Shown here one piece after another: positions 8,055 through 17,608 of a stretch of DNA of 37,590 nt (positions are counted from its first letter, which is position 1; each line of letters starts with the position of its first letter). The notes under the pieces were generated by a model, which did no database searches, was not told the DNA's origin, and saw only the letters and a program-made list of their open reading frames with translations. Made by a program: the position numbers and the translations under genes. Source of the DNA: an uncultured Oscillospiraceae bacterium (lineage in GTDB: Bacteria; Bacillota; Clostridia; UMGS1810); assembly GCA_964606825.1 (NCBI GenBank), contig CAZSIY010000001.1, positions 1 to 37,590 of the forward strand, given 5' to 3'.

Positions 8055-8969
8055 ATGACTAAGAAAAAATCAATCTTGCATGCCGCTTCTCTCGGCAAGC
8101 TGAAAAATGATTTTTCGGCGTATTGGCTGTTGTTGCCGTCGCTTTTGTGCCTGTTCTTTTTTGTTTGGCGCCCCATAGTTTCGGGAATGTATATGTCGCT
8201 TTACAAAATGCAAGGCTACACTCCCACGGAATTTGTCGGTCTTGAAAACTTTAAGGCGGTTATCGGAGAAACCGTGTTTAAAACCACCGTGGCAAATACG
8301 TTTAAATTTGTGGCTTATTCAATAGTCGTAGGTTTTATACCGCCTATATTTTTCGCAATTATAATGAACGAAATAAGATATTGCAAGAGCTTTGTTAAAT
8401 TTGCGATTTATTTCCCGTCAATGTGCCCGTCAATTATCACATCGCTCATGTGGGCTCTTATTTACGACCCGAGCGCCGGCGGCCTTTTAAACAGTATTCT
8501 CATAAAGCTCGGCATGGAACCCGGCATTTGGCTGAACGACCCAAACAAAGTTATTTTGTATATTATAATCTCAATGACATGGGCGGGCTTTGGCGGTGCG
8601 GCGATTTTATATCTTTCCAGCCTTCAAAGCATAAGCAAAGAGCTCTATGAGGCGGCGTATATCGACGGTGCGGGCCTTTGGCAGAGAACATGGCATATCA
8701 CACTCCCTCAGATTTCCAGCATAATTTTACTTATGCTTATTAAAAACATTTCGGGTGTTTTCCAGGTGTTTACAGAGCCTATGACGATGACAGGCGGCGG
8801 CCCGAACAACGCTTCGCTTACAATTTCGCTTTTAGGTTACCGCTACGGATTTGTAACATTTAAAATAGGCAGAGCGCTTGCAACGGGCGTTATTACATTT
8901 ATAATACTCTTTGTTATGACGCTGTTTTATTTTTGGGTAGAAAAGAGGGTGAACAATGACGCTGCTTAA
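8055..8969 (+). CDS. Sugar ABC transporter permease (MalF/LplB-like)
   Basis: Multiple TM segments and the EAA loop EAAYIDGAGLWQRTWHITLPQI. Confidence 0.9.
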   Translation: MTKKKSILHAASLGKLKNDFSAYWLLLPSLLCLFFFVWRPIVSGMYMSLYKMQGYTPTEFVGLENFKAVIGETVFKTTVANTFKFVAYSIVVGFIPPIFFAIIMNEIRYCKSFVKFAIYFPSMCPSIITSLMWALIYDPSAGGLLNSILIKLGMEPGIWLNDPNKVILYIIISMTWAGFGGAAILYLSSLQSISKELYEAAYIDGAGLWQRTWHITLPQISSIILLMLIKNISGVFQVFTEPMTMTGGGPNNASLTISLLGYRYGFVTFKIGRALATGVITFIILFVMTLFYFWVEKRVNNDAA

Positions 8970-9852
8970 TAAAAAACAACCCGAGCTTACGGGCATGATT
9001 TTTCAAATGGAATACAAAAAGCGCTATGTTCGCATAGTTCACGCAATATTTCTCACAGTGGCACTTCTTGCAAGCTGCGTGGCGCTTTTGCCGGTGCTTT
9101 GGATTATACTTTCGGCGTTTAAAGACACAAAGGAATTTTTGCAAATTCCCCCTACGTTTTTGCCGAAAAAGATTGAATTCGGTAAAATATGGAGCGTATG
9201 GCAAGACTACGACTTCGGTCCCATATTTTTGCGCACGTGCATTATGGCGGCAGGCGATATAGCGTTTACGGTTACTTTGAACGGCCTTGCGGGATATGTA
9301 ATCTCAAGGCTTAAACCCAGGGGCTCAAAGCTTCTGTTTATGGTGATTTTGTGGACGATGCTTTTGCCGTCCAGTGTAAGCTCGGTACCTCTTTTTATGA
9401 CATTTACCGACTTCCCCGTTACCCACTGGAACTTGTCAAACACCTATTGGCCGATGTGGCTCATGGCGGGCGCAAACAGTTACTACATACTTCTTTTTAA
9501 GAGCTTTTTCGACTCGCTTTCGATTTCATTTTTTGAGTCGGCAAAATTGGACGGTTGCACGAACTTTAAAATGTTTTACAAAATAGTGCTTCCTCTTTCA
9601 ATTCCCGTTGTTGCGGTAATTGTTATATTCCAGTTTAACGGCGCCTGGGGTAATTTCTTCTGGCCACTTCTTCTTTTAAATAAACCGGGTACATCGGTTA
9701 TCGGCCAGACGATATATGCTCTAAAAGGAAGGCTCACAATAGATAAATACGTTGTGGCAATGCTTATAGTAATTATTCCTCCGTCAATTATATATATAAT
9801 ATTCCAAAAACAAATCATCGGCGGTCTTACAATCGGCGGTGTGAAAGGATAG
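8956..9852 (+). CDS. Sugar ABC transporter permease (MalG/LplC-like)
   Basis: Multiple TM segments and the EAA-like loop ESAKLDGCTNFKMFYKIVLPLS. RBS AGAGGGTGA precedes the ATG. 14-nt overlap with the upstream permease gene. Confidence 0.9.
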   Translation: MTLLNKKQPELTGMIFQMEYKKRYVRIVHAIFLTVALLASCVALLPVLWIILSAFKDTKEFLQIPPTFLPKKIEFGKIWSVWQDYDFGPIFLRTCIMAAGDIAFTVTLNGLAGYVISRLKPRGSKLLFMVILWTMLLPSSVSSVPLFMTFTDFPVTHWNLSNTYWPMWLMAGANSYYILLFKSFFDSLSISFFESAKLDGCTNFKMFYKIVLPLSIPVVAVIVIFQFNGAWGNFFWPLLLLNKPGTSVIGQTIYALKGRLTIDKYVVAMLIVIIPPSIIYIIFQKQIIGGLTIGGVKG

Positions 9853-9865
9853 AGGTGGTTATGTA

Positions 9866-12800
9866 ATGAAAAAAAGCTTTTTAAAATCCGCTTTCAGTGT
9901 GTTTCTCGCACTTGCGGTAGTCGCTCCTACGGCATCTTTTGCCGACAGCACGCCGGATACGAAAAATATTGCCTATGCGGAATTTTCGGGCAAAACGCCT
10001 GTGCAAAGCAATCTTACAGCCGTAATGGCAAGCGGAGACGTAAAAACCGCAACTTACGAGGGAAGAACAGGCTGGATATTGGGAAACAAAGACGCAGGCG
10101 AAGCTGCATCTACTATCAACGTGGATTTAAGTAACTATTTTGCCTATAAAGTTTCCGACGGATCTGTTTTTGAAATCGATGTGGATTATTACGATGCAGG
10201 CGGTGCGGTTTTCTCTGTTGTATACAGCGCCCAGGATCGCCCTAACCGATGGGCGGGCATGCAGAAAACGTCTTTCGGCGCAAAAGCCGCGAGAAATTCC
10301 ACAATTAAAGCTTGGCGCACAAAGACGTTTAGAATTCAAGACGCAAAGTTCGCAAACGATTTAAGTGATGTGGATTTTAAGATTTCTTCAAATATCTTAA
10401 ACGAAAACCACGATTTGGATAAAGTGACCACTGACTATGGTACAAAATACAGCACGTATTACCTTAATAGATATCCGCGGGTGTCATCTCCGGATGAAAT
10501 TGTAATAGGCGCCGTAAGAGTTCGCAAACTTGAAGAGAAAAATCCCCTTTCGGGAAAAATAACAACGTCCGCCTACGGTAATGTTTTCTATGATAACGAG
10601 GCGGCAACCTACGATGTAGCTCTTACAAACAATACCGATAAATCTTATGAGTTAAACGCGAGATATTATGCGGTGGATACCGAAAGCGGACTTATCGTTG
10701 ACGAAAAGAAAGATACACTCATAATCGGCGCCTCAGAGAGCAAAACCGTAACCGCGGTGCTCGATGATTTGCCCTACGGCGTGTTTAAGCTCTATGCCGA
10801 ATACACGGCAGAGGGAATAAAATCGCAATTTGTAACGGACACCTCCCGTGCGAGAGAGTCTAAAACGGCAAACCCCAGAGCCGGCACAAATATTCACTTT
10901 GACGGTGCTCAAAATTATCCGTCGCCGATAGATGCGCAGATGTCGCTTGTTAGGCGAAGCGGATATTCCTCGGTTCGTGACTCCGTGCGTTGGGCACAAA
11001 ACGAACCCGTAAAAGGTCAATATAAATTTAACCTTCCCACAGGCGATGCAATAGAGGGCGCCAAAAGATGGGGATTGGATTTCTTTGCCACATACAGCAG
11101 TGTCAACATGACGAATTTTTACCCGAATTCCGCTCCTATAAATGACGAAGAGGCATGGCAGGCATATAAAGATTATTGCCATTGGATAGCACATCAACTC
11201 GGCAATTGCGGCTATGCCGTAGAGTCCGACAATGAGTGGAACTTGCAATATCCCAACGGAACGGGCGAGCAATATACGTATATGTTAAAGGCGATATACG
11301 AGGGTACAAAAGCGGCAAATCCCGACATGAAGGTTATCGGCGTAGATATGGGTCTTGTAGACATTGACGTTATAAGAAGCTATGCCGAAGCGGGCGCACT
11401 TGAGTATATGGATGGTCTCTCTTTCCACCCTTACGATTGGATGCGTTCATTTGAAGCCGGTAACCAGATGCTTCAGGTAGCACGTGTTAAAGAGCTTTTA
11501 AAGGAATTCGGTCACGAAGATAAGGAAATATGGTGTACCGAAACCGGTTGGCATCAGCAACTCGATAACTGCTTTGTTACCGATATGGATAAAGCAAACA
11601 ACCTTTCAAGAGCTCTTCTTCAAAACGATGCCTTGAAATGGTACGACAGAATATATTTCTATGAATTCATGAACTCGGGAATAGAGCCTTCATACGGCGA
11701 GGCTACCTACGGAACAATTTATTCCGCATACGACGAAACTCCTTGCGCGGCTCTTCCGGCGTATATCGCCGCGGCGTGTGCAAACTGGGTGGTAGGCGAC
11801 GGTAATAACTTTGTAGATGCCGCTGACGGAAAAGGTGCCGACCTTACCGCGGGTGTTTACGCATATCGCTGGAACAGAGAAAATGACGACAACCTCGGAA
11901 ACCAAGTAATAGGCGTTTGGACGTCAAAAGATAGAGAGCCTTATGCGCTTGATCTCGGCGTAGACGAAGTTACCGCGCTTGATATCTACGGCAATGCGAG
12001 AACCATGAAAGCCGTAAACGGCGTGTTTAATTTCATGCTTACCGACAGCCCCATGTATTTGATAGGCGATTTTAAAAAGTTCGTATCTGCCGAACCTACG
12101 GTAAAAATCGACGAGATAATTTCCGTGGCAACGGTAAACGACACGGTTGTTGCAAATATCACAATTCCGAATTCCGACAAAATGACAATCGTTTCCAAAA
12201 ACGCGGATTTTGAAGTTGTTCAAAACGCCGGCTTTAAAAACGGCACCGCAAAATATGTTGTTTCAACTCCCGCACTTCGTTTTTATAACAAAAACGCAAT
12301 GTTTGACGTAATGGAAGGCGATAAGCTCATATACGCGGGAAGCATAAAAGTAAATAACGATAAAACCGTTACAATAAGTGAAAACCACGGCATGAGCGAC
12401 ACAAACAGCCTAAACCGTTGGTATATTGATTTAAATGTAACAAACAACAAAAACAGCGGCCCGATTTCGGGAACGCTGAAAATAAAAGCTCCGAGCGAGC
12501 TTACAAAATATGTGGGCGATATCAAAATAGAAAATTTGGCTCCCAAGGCAACGTACCGCCAAAGATTTTTCCTTCCGGAAATCGTTACCAAGGAAATGAG
12601 AAGCTACGACGTTGACCTAACCCTTGACAACGGCGAATATTTTTCCGACGGTCATACGCTCTTTTTTACCACCGTGCCCTATGCTTACGATAAACCCACA
12701 ATCGACGGAAAAGTTTCTCACGGAGAGTACAGAAATGATACCTGGTTCCCGATATCTCCAGGCGAAAACAGCGAAAACGTGCAGATTTTAGAGGCAAACA

Positions 12801-13324
12801 CAGTGTACCTGGGCGATGATGATTTGAGCGGAAAAGCTACGGCTACCTATGATGAAGAAAACCTCTACTTCTTTATAGAAGTTACCGACAATCAGTTTGT
12901 TCAAAATAATACCGGCTCTAACATTTGGGATGGCGACAGTATTCAGATAGGCCTTGCCGACGAAGATGCAAGTTCAAGCGGCTCTTACAATGAGCTTACC
13001 GTTGCGCTTACAAGAGAAGGCCCGCAAATGTGGAGACACTTGAGTAACAATGCCGCTCTTCCCACTGGCCCTGTTACCGATTGCGAACTTGCTATTGTCC
13101 ATGAGGGCACAAAGACATATTATGAAATAAAAATCCCCTGGGCGCAGTGCTTGTTAAAACCCGAAAACGTAAAAGCGGGATATGCTCCGAAATTCGCCTT
13201 CCTCATAAATGATGATGACGGCGTGGGAAGAAATATCTACATGGAATACTCTCAGATTTTGGGAGCCATAGGTACCTACAAGAACATAGGCTATTTTTCG
13301 GATATGTATCTTGCGGATAAATAA
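9866..13324 (+). CDS. Secreted multi-domain glycoside hydrolase-like protein (1152 aa): unassigned N-terminal beta-domain, Ig-like domain, clan GH-A (beta/alpha)8 barrel, beta-sandwich region, CBM9-like C-terminal domain
   Basis: Signal peptide ...APTASFA. TIM-barrel signatures GTNIHF, VRDSVRWAQNEP, an acid/base-type DNEWN (Glu codon 11234-11236) and a nucleophile-type WCTETGW (Glu codon 11540-11542). The C-terminal YDKPTIDGKV...YDEENLYFFIEVTD...WDGDSIQIGL resembles CBM9-like sugar-binding domains (about 12686-13321). Confidence 0.75.
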   Translation: MKKSFLKSAFSVFLALAVVAPTASFADSTPDTKNIAYAEFSGKTPVQSNLTAVMASGDVKTATYEGRTGWILGNKDAGEAASTINVDLSNYFAYKVSDGSVFEIDVDYYDAGGAVFSVVYSAQDRPNRWAGMQKTSFGAKAARNSTIKAWRTKTFRIQDAKFANDLSDVDFKISSNILNENHDLDKVTTDYGTKYSTYYLNRYPRVSSPDEIVIGAVRVRKLEEKNPLSGKITTSAYGNVFYDNEAATYDVALTNNTDKSYELNARYYAVDTESGLIVDEKKDTLIIGASESKTVTAVLDDLPYGVFKLYAEYTAEGIKSQFVTDTSRARESKTANPRAGTNIHFDGAQNYPSPIDAQMSLVRRSGYSSVRDSVRWAQNEPVKGQYKFNLPTGDAIEGAKRWGLDFFATYSSVNMTNFYPNSAPINDEEAWQAYKDYCHWIAHQLGNCGYAVESDNEWNLQYPNGTGEQYTYMLKAIYEGTKAANPDMKVIGVDMGLVDIDVIRSYAEAGALEYMDGLSFHPYDWMRSFEAGNQMLQVARVKELLKEFGHEDKEIWCTETGWHQQLDNCFVTDMDKANNLSRALLQNDALKWYDRIYFYEFMNSGIEPSYGEATYGTIYSAYDETPCAALPAYIAAACANWVVGDGNNFVDAADGKGADLTAGVYAYRWNRENDDNLGNQVIGVWTSKDREPYALDLGVDEVTALDIYGNARTMKAVNGVFNFMLTDSPMYLIGDFKKFVSAEPTVKIDEIISVATVNDTVVANITIPNSDKMTIVSKNADFEVVQNAGFKNGTAKYVVSTPALRFYNKNAMFDVMEGDKLIYAGSIKVNNDKTVTISENHGMSDTNSLNRWYIDLNVTNNKNSGPISGTLKIKAPSELTKYVGDIKIENLAPKATYRQRFFLPEIVTKEMRSYDVDLTLDNGEYFSDGHTLFFTTVPYAYDKPTIDGKVSHGEYRNDTWFPISPGENSENVQILEANTVYLGDDDLSGKATATYDEENLYFFIEVTDNQFVQNNTGSNIWDGDSIQIGLADEDASSSGSYNELTVALTREGPQMWRHLSNNAALPTGPVTDCELAIVHEGTKTYYEIKIPWAQCLLKPENVKAGYAPKFAFLINDDDGVGRNIYMEYSQILGAIGTYKNIGYFSDMYLADK

Positions 13325-13345
13325 AAAATAAAAGGGAGTGCAGTT

Positions 13346-14923
13346 ATGAATAAAAAAATACCTTCGCTGGTTCTTGCGTGCACCGTAGCTCTTGCTTCAA
13401 CGGCAAGCGCCGCGGTTAGCATAGACAGCATCGGAACCAATATAAACTCAAGCACAGTTACCGTTAAGGGAAGCACAGACTATCCCAACGAAAATATTAT
13501 AATAACGGTAAATTCAAAGGACGTTTCCGATAGTGAGTTTTTCGATAAACTTGCTTATCAAAACCAAATTAAAACCAAAGATGACGGAAGTTTTTACCTC
13601 AGCTTTAAAATGAAAGGCGCAGATGCTTACACTCTTACTGTTTCCGCCGAAGCAGAAGATGCCGCAAAAGATTTTGTTTTTGCGGATACCGCAAACGTCA
13701 AAAGCGCTCTTGAACGCTTGAATAAGTCGGAAGATGTTGCCTTAGCTTTAAAAACAGACAGATACAACCTCGGTCTTTTTGTAAACGGCATAGACTCAGA
13801 GCCTAACTATTCTTCGCTTGCCACAAGAGTAAAGCCGCTTTTGCCCCTTAGCGTAACAGAGGAAAATGCATCTGTTTTAGCTCTTCAAAGACAGCTCATC
13901 TATCAGTATATAGCCGAGAAAAAGGTTGAAAATGTTTTTGATTATGACGAATATTTCGATATTTTCAAAGTGAACGGAAACGATGTTTTCACTCGTGAAA
14001 TTTTCAAACAGAGCCATGAGCTTGACGCAACGGCGCGCATAAGCGGCAAAGTAATATTGAATTACGACGATTTTTGCAGTGAAGTTACCGAAGCTATGAT
14101 TTTATCACTTGTAAAAAATGCAAACGGTTTCGGAAATGTGAAATCGGTGCTCGAAACTCATGCGAATTTCATAGGCATAAATACAGCAAATACGCCTGAC
14201 AGCGTGTATAAAAACCTCGCCGAAAACGATTTTGCGACTAAAGGCGCGCTTAAAGATAAGTTTAATTTTTTAAAGTCGCCAGACGACAGCGATTTCGGAA
14301 ACTCGGGCGGCGGCAAAACAAGCGGCGGCTCCGGCGGAAAACTCTCCGGTGGCAACGTAAATATCACTACCGACAACAGCACATTAAATGCTCCTTTTAC
14401 CGACCTTTTCGGTTACGACTGGGCAAAAGAGAGCATTGCAAAACTTAAAAACAGCGGTATTGTATCCGGTAGCGGCGACGGAAGATTTCTTCCCGCAAAA
14501 AGCGTAACACGTTCCGAATTTGTAAAAATGATATGTCTTGCTCTCAAGATTTCCGGCGGCGGAAATGTTACTTTCAATGACGTATTCAACGGAAGCTGGG
14601 ATGCAGAATATGTCAAAGCGGCATTCGGCGCGGGAATTGTAAACGGCATAAGCGGTACGCAGTTTGGCGGCAGCACAAACATTACCCGTCAAGATATGGC
14701 AGTTATCATAGTGCGCGCTTTAACATACGCTGGACGTGCACCTATCGGCACTTCAAACGAAAAATTTGCCGATGATGCGGGAGTTGCATCTTATGCAAAA
14801 GATGCCGTATATGCACTTCGCGCGGCAGGTATAATGCAAGGTGACGAAAACGGCAATTTTAATCCCACAGCACCCGCAACCCGCGCCGAAGCGGCAAAGG
14901 TTATATGTGCTGTACTTAACTGA
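13346..14923 (+). CDS. Secreted SLH-domain cell-wall-anchored protein (525 aa) with three C-terminal SLH repeats
   Basis: Signal peptide ...ASTASAA. Gly/Ser linker GNSGGGKTSGGSGGKLSGG. SLH repeats start at FTDLFGYDWAKESIAKL (about 14396), FNDVFNGSWDAEYVKAA and FADDAGVASYAKDAVYAL. Confidence 0.85.
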   Translation: MNKKIPSLVLACTVALASTASAAVSIDSIGTNINSSTVTVKGSTDYPNENIIITVNSKDVSDSEFFDKLAYQNQIKTKDDGSFYLSFKMKGADAYTLTVSAEAEDAAKDFVFADTANVKSALERLNKSEDVALALKTDRYNLGLFVNGIDSEPNYSSLATRVKPLLPLSVTEENASVLALQRQLIYQYIAEKKVENVFDYDEYFDIFKVNGNDVFTREIFKQSHELDATARISGKVILNYDDFCSEVTEAMILSLVKNANGFGNVKSVLETHANFIGINTANTPDSVYKNLAENDFATKGALKDKFNFLKSPDDSDFGNSGGGKTSGGSGGKLSGGNVNITTDNSTLNAPFTDLFGYDWAKESIAKLKNSGIVSGSGDGRFLPAKSVTRSEFVKMICLALKISGGGNVTFNDVFNGSWDAEYVKAAFGAGIVNGISGTQFGGSTNITRQDMAVIIVRALTYAGRAPIGTSNEKFADDAGVASYAKDAVYALRAAGIMQGDENGNFNPTAPATRAEAAKVICAVLN

Positions 14924-14934
14924 AACTTACGGAG

Positions 14935-17580
14935 GTGATTGCATTGAAAAAAACATTATCATTACTTTTGGCAATTTTAATGCTTTTCGGCGCTGTTCCC
15001 GCTTTTGCGGCAGATGCCGATATAAGCGAAACTTCGGCAACCGTTCAAGCAGATGAGGAAGTTTTACATCAGCAGGAAGTGCTCAAAGCGCTTGACCTTA
15101 TAAGCGCCGACTCTTACGGCGAGCTTGACAATTCAAAAGAGGTAACAAGGGTTGAATTTGCCTCTACCGTGGGAAAAATTTTGGAAATAAACCCTACAGT
15201 TTCCGCCGATACTTCGTATTATGCGGACGTTACGACCGACCACTGGGCAACCTACACTTTGAACAATCTCGTTGAAAGAGGTGTGCTCAGCGTTCCCGAG
15301 GATAAGAAATTTCGCCCCAATGACGTTATTTCTTACAGCGAAGCCGTAAAAATCTTTGTTTCGCTTTTGGGGTATGATGATTATGCAAAGGCAAACGGTG
15401 GCTACCCGGGCGGATATATTTCTGCGGCAAATCGTATTAAACTTTTAAACGGCGTTTCCGCAAATGAAAATGTTACTACGGGAATGCTTACCACACTTAT
15501 GTATAACGCTATCCATACAAAAGTGCTCGAAGTTGAAAAAATGGGAGACTCGGTAAAATATTCAAATGACAACGAAAGAACGCTCTTGTCGCTTTACAAA
15601 AGCATCTATTTTACTGAGGGTATCGTTGAAGCCGTAAACGGCCTCACACTCACCGGAAACAAAATAGGCGAGAATAAGTGCCTTATAGACGGAAAAATTT
15701 ATCAAAACGGCAAAATAAACGTTACGGACATGCTCGGATATTTTGTTACCGCTTATTATGAGGATAACGGCTCGGGCGTTAAAACACTTGTGCATTTAGA
15801 CGATACCGATAACAAAGTTTTAACCGTAAGAGCAGAAGATTTTAAATCTTACGAGGGTAACAAAGTATACTATTATAATGAAAACTACAAAGAAAAAAAC
15901 GTTAAGACAGACGGCTCTTTAACCGTTGTAAAAAACGGAAGCGTTGTAACAAAAGGACTTTCCGAGGCGTTTAAAGTAACAGAGGGCGAAATTCGCCTTA
16001 TAGATAATGACGACGACAATTCCTACGACATTATCTTTATAGAAGATTACAGAGTTGTGGTTGTAAAGAGCTTAAATAAAACTGACGGCGTAATCACAGA
16101 CGACCTCGACGTTAAAAATATCATCGACTATTCGAAAATAGACAGCGATAGCATTTGGGTGTACGGTTCAAACGGTGTTCTCATGGGCATAGATGCCATT
16201 ACCGCAGGTTCGGTTATAGATGTTGCGCTTTCCGAAAACGGTATGGTGGTGCATGTTTCAAGCAATGTGTTTGAAGGCACGGTAGAGGCTGTAAGTGATA
16301 GGGAGAAAAAAGTTACAATCGACGGCGTGGAGTATGAATACGTAGACAAAGCTATTAAAAAATATTCCGTTTCGGTTGGAAAACACGGTTCGTTTAAAAC
16401 CAATAAATACGGCAAAATAGCTTATTTCTCGGAAACAACATCGGCACTTAAAGGCGGATTTTTGGTTGATGTTTCAAACGACCAAAACGGTGTAAGCAGT
16501 GCCTTGAAAGTTAAAATTTTAACTACCGAAGGCGAAGTTAAAATTTATAACGTTTCCGACAAGGTGATAATCGACAGAGAGCGTGTTAAGAAAAACGTGT
16601 TTAAAAATCTCTCGGAAGTTAAAAATACCGTTGTGATGTATTCGGTAAATTCCAAAGAAGAGGTAAGCGAATTTGATACAATCAATTTAAACACTTCCGC
16701 CGGTGAAGACGAGTCTACACTTCAGCGCGTAGCAATATTGGACGACTCGGCTCAAGACCAGAGATATTATAAAGAGGACTCTAAGTTCGGAAGAAAGTAT
16801 TACATAAGTTCCGATGCGGTATTTTTCAGAGTGCCAACTTCCGGAAACGGTGCCGATGACGAATACGGCCTCGTTGATAAATCCGGTCTCGGCTCAAACA
16901 AAGGCTACGCGGCGGTTATCTATAAAACGGGTACCTCGCTTGAAAGCAATTTTGTTACTATGAAGCAAACAAAATACGACATAAACGACTGGTCACCTTA
17001 TTACTGGATAAAAGAAGTTCGCAAGGGCATCAGCAAAAACGGCGACGAAGTGTTTAAGCTCATTGCATACACCGAAAAAGGCCTTGAAACCACGCTTGAT
17101 TTAAGTGTAAATTACCCCGCAGAGGGTATTCCCGACACGGGCGACATTATCCGCATAGGTAAAGATGCTCAGGGCGTTGGCGGCTATATAGAAACCCATT
17201 ACGATTACACCACAAGAAAAGCCGGCTACTTTGACGTAGACGACGAGTGGGGTCACCGTGATATGGATAAATATTGGTATAATTTCTCCGACCTTTATAA
17301 CTACGACAGACTATGCTTTAGCAGTGCCGTTACAATTAACGGAAATATCATTGGAGTAACCAGAGAAGCAAGAGGTGCGGAAACAACCGACGAGTATTTT
17401 AAGGTATCGTCAAAAACGGCTGTTGTGGTTTACGACGCCGTAGAAGACACCTTCCGCTCGGGAACAATCGGCGATATAATGCCGGCAGACGTATACGGCG
17501 ACATGTGCTCAGAACTTATAGTTCACACTCGCTACGGAGCGCCGATATCCATTTTCGTAATTAATAATCGTGCAAATTAA
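14935..17580 (+). CDS. Secreted SLH-domain protein (about 880 aa) with an N-terminal SLH region and a large unassigned beta-rich body
   Basis: Signal peptide LLLAILMLFGAVPAFAADA. One clear SLH repeat, YADVTTDHWATYTLNNLVERGVLSVPEDKKFRPNDVISYSEAVKIFVSLLG, is flanked by degenerate ones. The start is either the GTG at 14935 or, better spaced from the GGAGG RBS, the TTG at 14944. Confidence 0.8.
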   Translation: MIALKKTLSLLLAILMLFGAVPAFAADADISETSATVQADEEVLHQQEVLKALDLISADSYGELDNSKEVTRVEFASTVGKILEINPTVSADTSYYADVTTDHWATYTLNNLVERGVLSVPEDKKFRPNDVISYSEAVKIFVSLLGYDDYAKANGGYPGGYISAANRIKLLNGVSANENVTTGMLTTLMYNAIHTKVLEVEKMGDSVKYSNDNERTLLSLYKSIYFTEGIVEAVNGLTLTGNKIGENKCLIDGKIYQNGKINVTDMLGYFVTAYYEDNGSGVKTLVHLDDTDNKVLTVRAEDFKSYEGNKVYYYNENYKEKNVKTDGSLTVVKNGSVVTKGLSEAFKVTEGEIRLIDNDDDNSYDIIFIEDYRVVVVKSLNKTDGVITDDLDVKNIIDYSKIDSDSIWVYGSNGVLMGIDAITAGSVIDVALSENGMVVHVSSNVFEGTVEAVSDREKKVTIDGVEYEYVDKAIKKYSVSVGKHGSFKTNKYGKIAYFSETTSALKGGFLVDVSNDQNGVSSALKVKILTTEGEVKIYNVSDKVIIDRERVKKNVFKNLSEVKNTVVMYSVNSKEEVSEFDTINLNTSAGEDESTLQRVAILDDSAQDQRYYKEDSKFGRKYYISSDAVFFRVPTSGNGADDEYGLVDKSGLGSNKGYAAVIYKTGTSLESNFVTMKQTKYDINDWSPYYWIKEVRKGISKNGDEVFKLIAYTEKGLETTLDLSVNYPAEGIPDTGDIIRIGKDAQGVGGYIETHYDYTTRKAGYFDVDDEWGHRDMDKYWYNFSDLYNYDRLCFSSAVTINGNIIGVTREARGAETTDEYFKVSSKTAVVVYDAVEDTFRSGTIGDIMPADVYGDMCSELIVHTRYGAPISIFVINNRAN

Positions 17581-17608
17581 AAAACATCTGATGAAAGGAA
17601 GAATTTCT

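Noticed and set aside
10733-11272. Long antisense or alternative-frame ORFs in the track, for example 10733..11272(-), 28660..29241(-), 35544..36077(-), 35926..36459(-), 7198..7560(+), 17671..18024(-) and 22914..23327(-).
   Set aside because: Each lies entirely inside a well-supported gene with clear family motifs on the other strand or frame. Their translations are low-complexity and lack RBSs, so they are shadow ORFs.
14296-14356. G-rich, repetitive-looking DNA (ggcggcggc...ggcggctccggcgg) that might be a tandem repeat element.
   Set aside because: It is in frame in the 525-aa SLH protein and encodes a Gly/Ser linker (GNSGGGKTSGGSGGKLSGG) between the body and the SLH repeats. There is no exact tandem unit.
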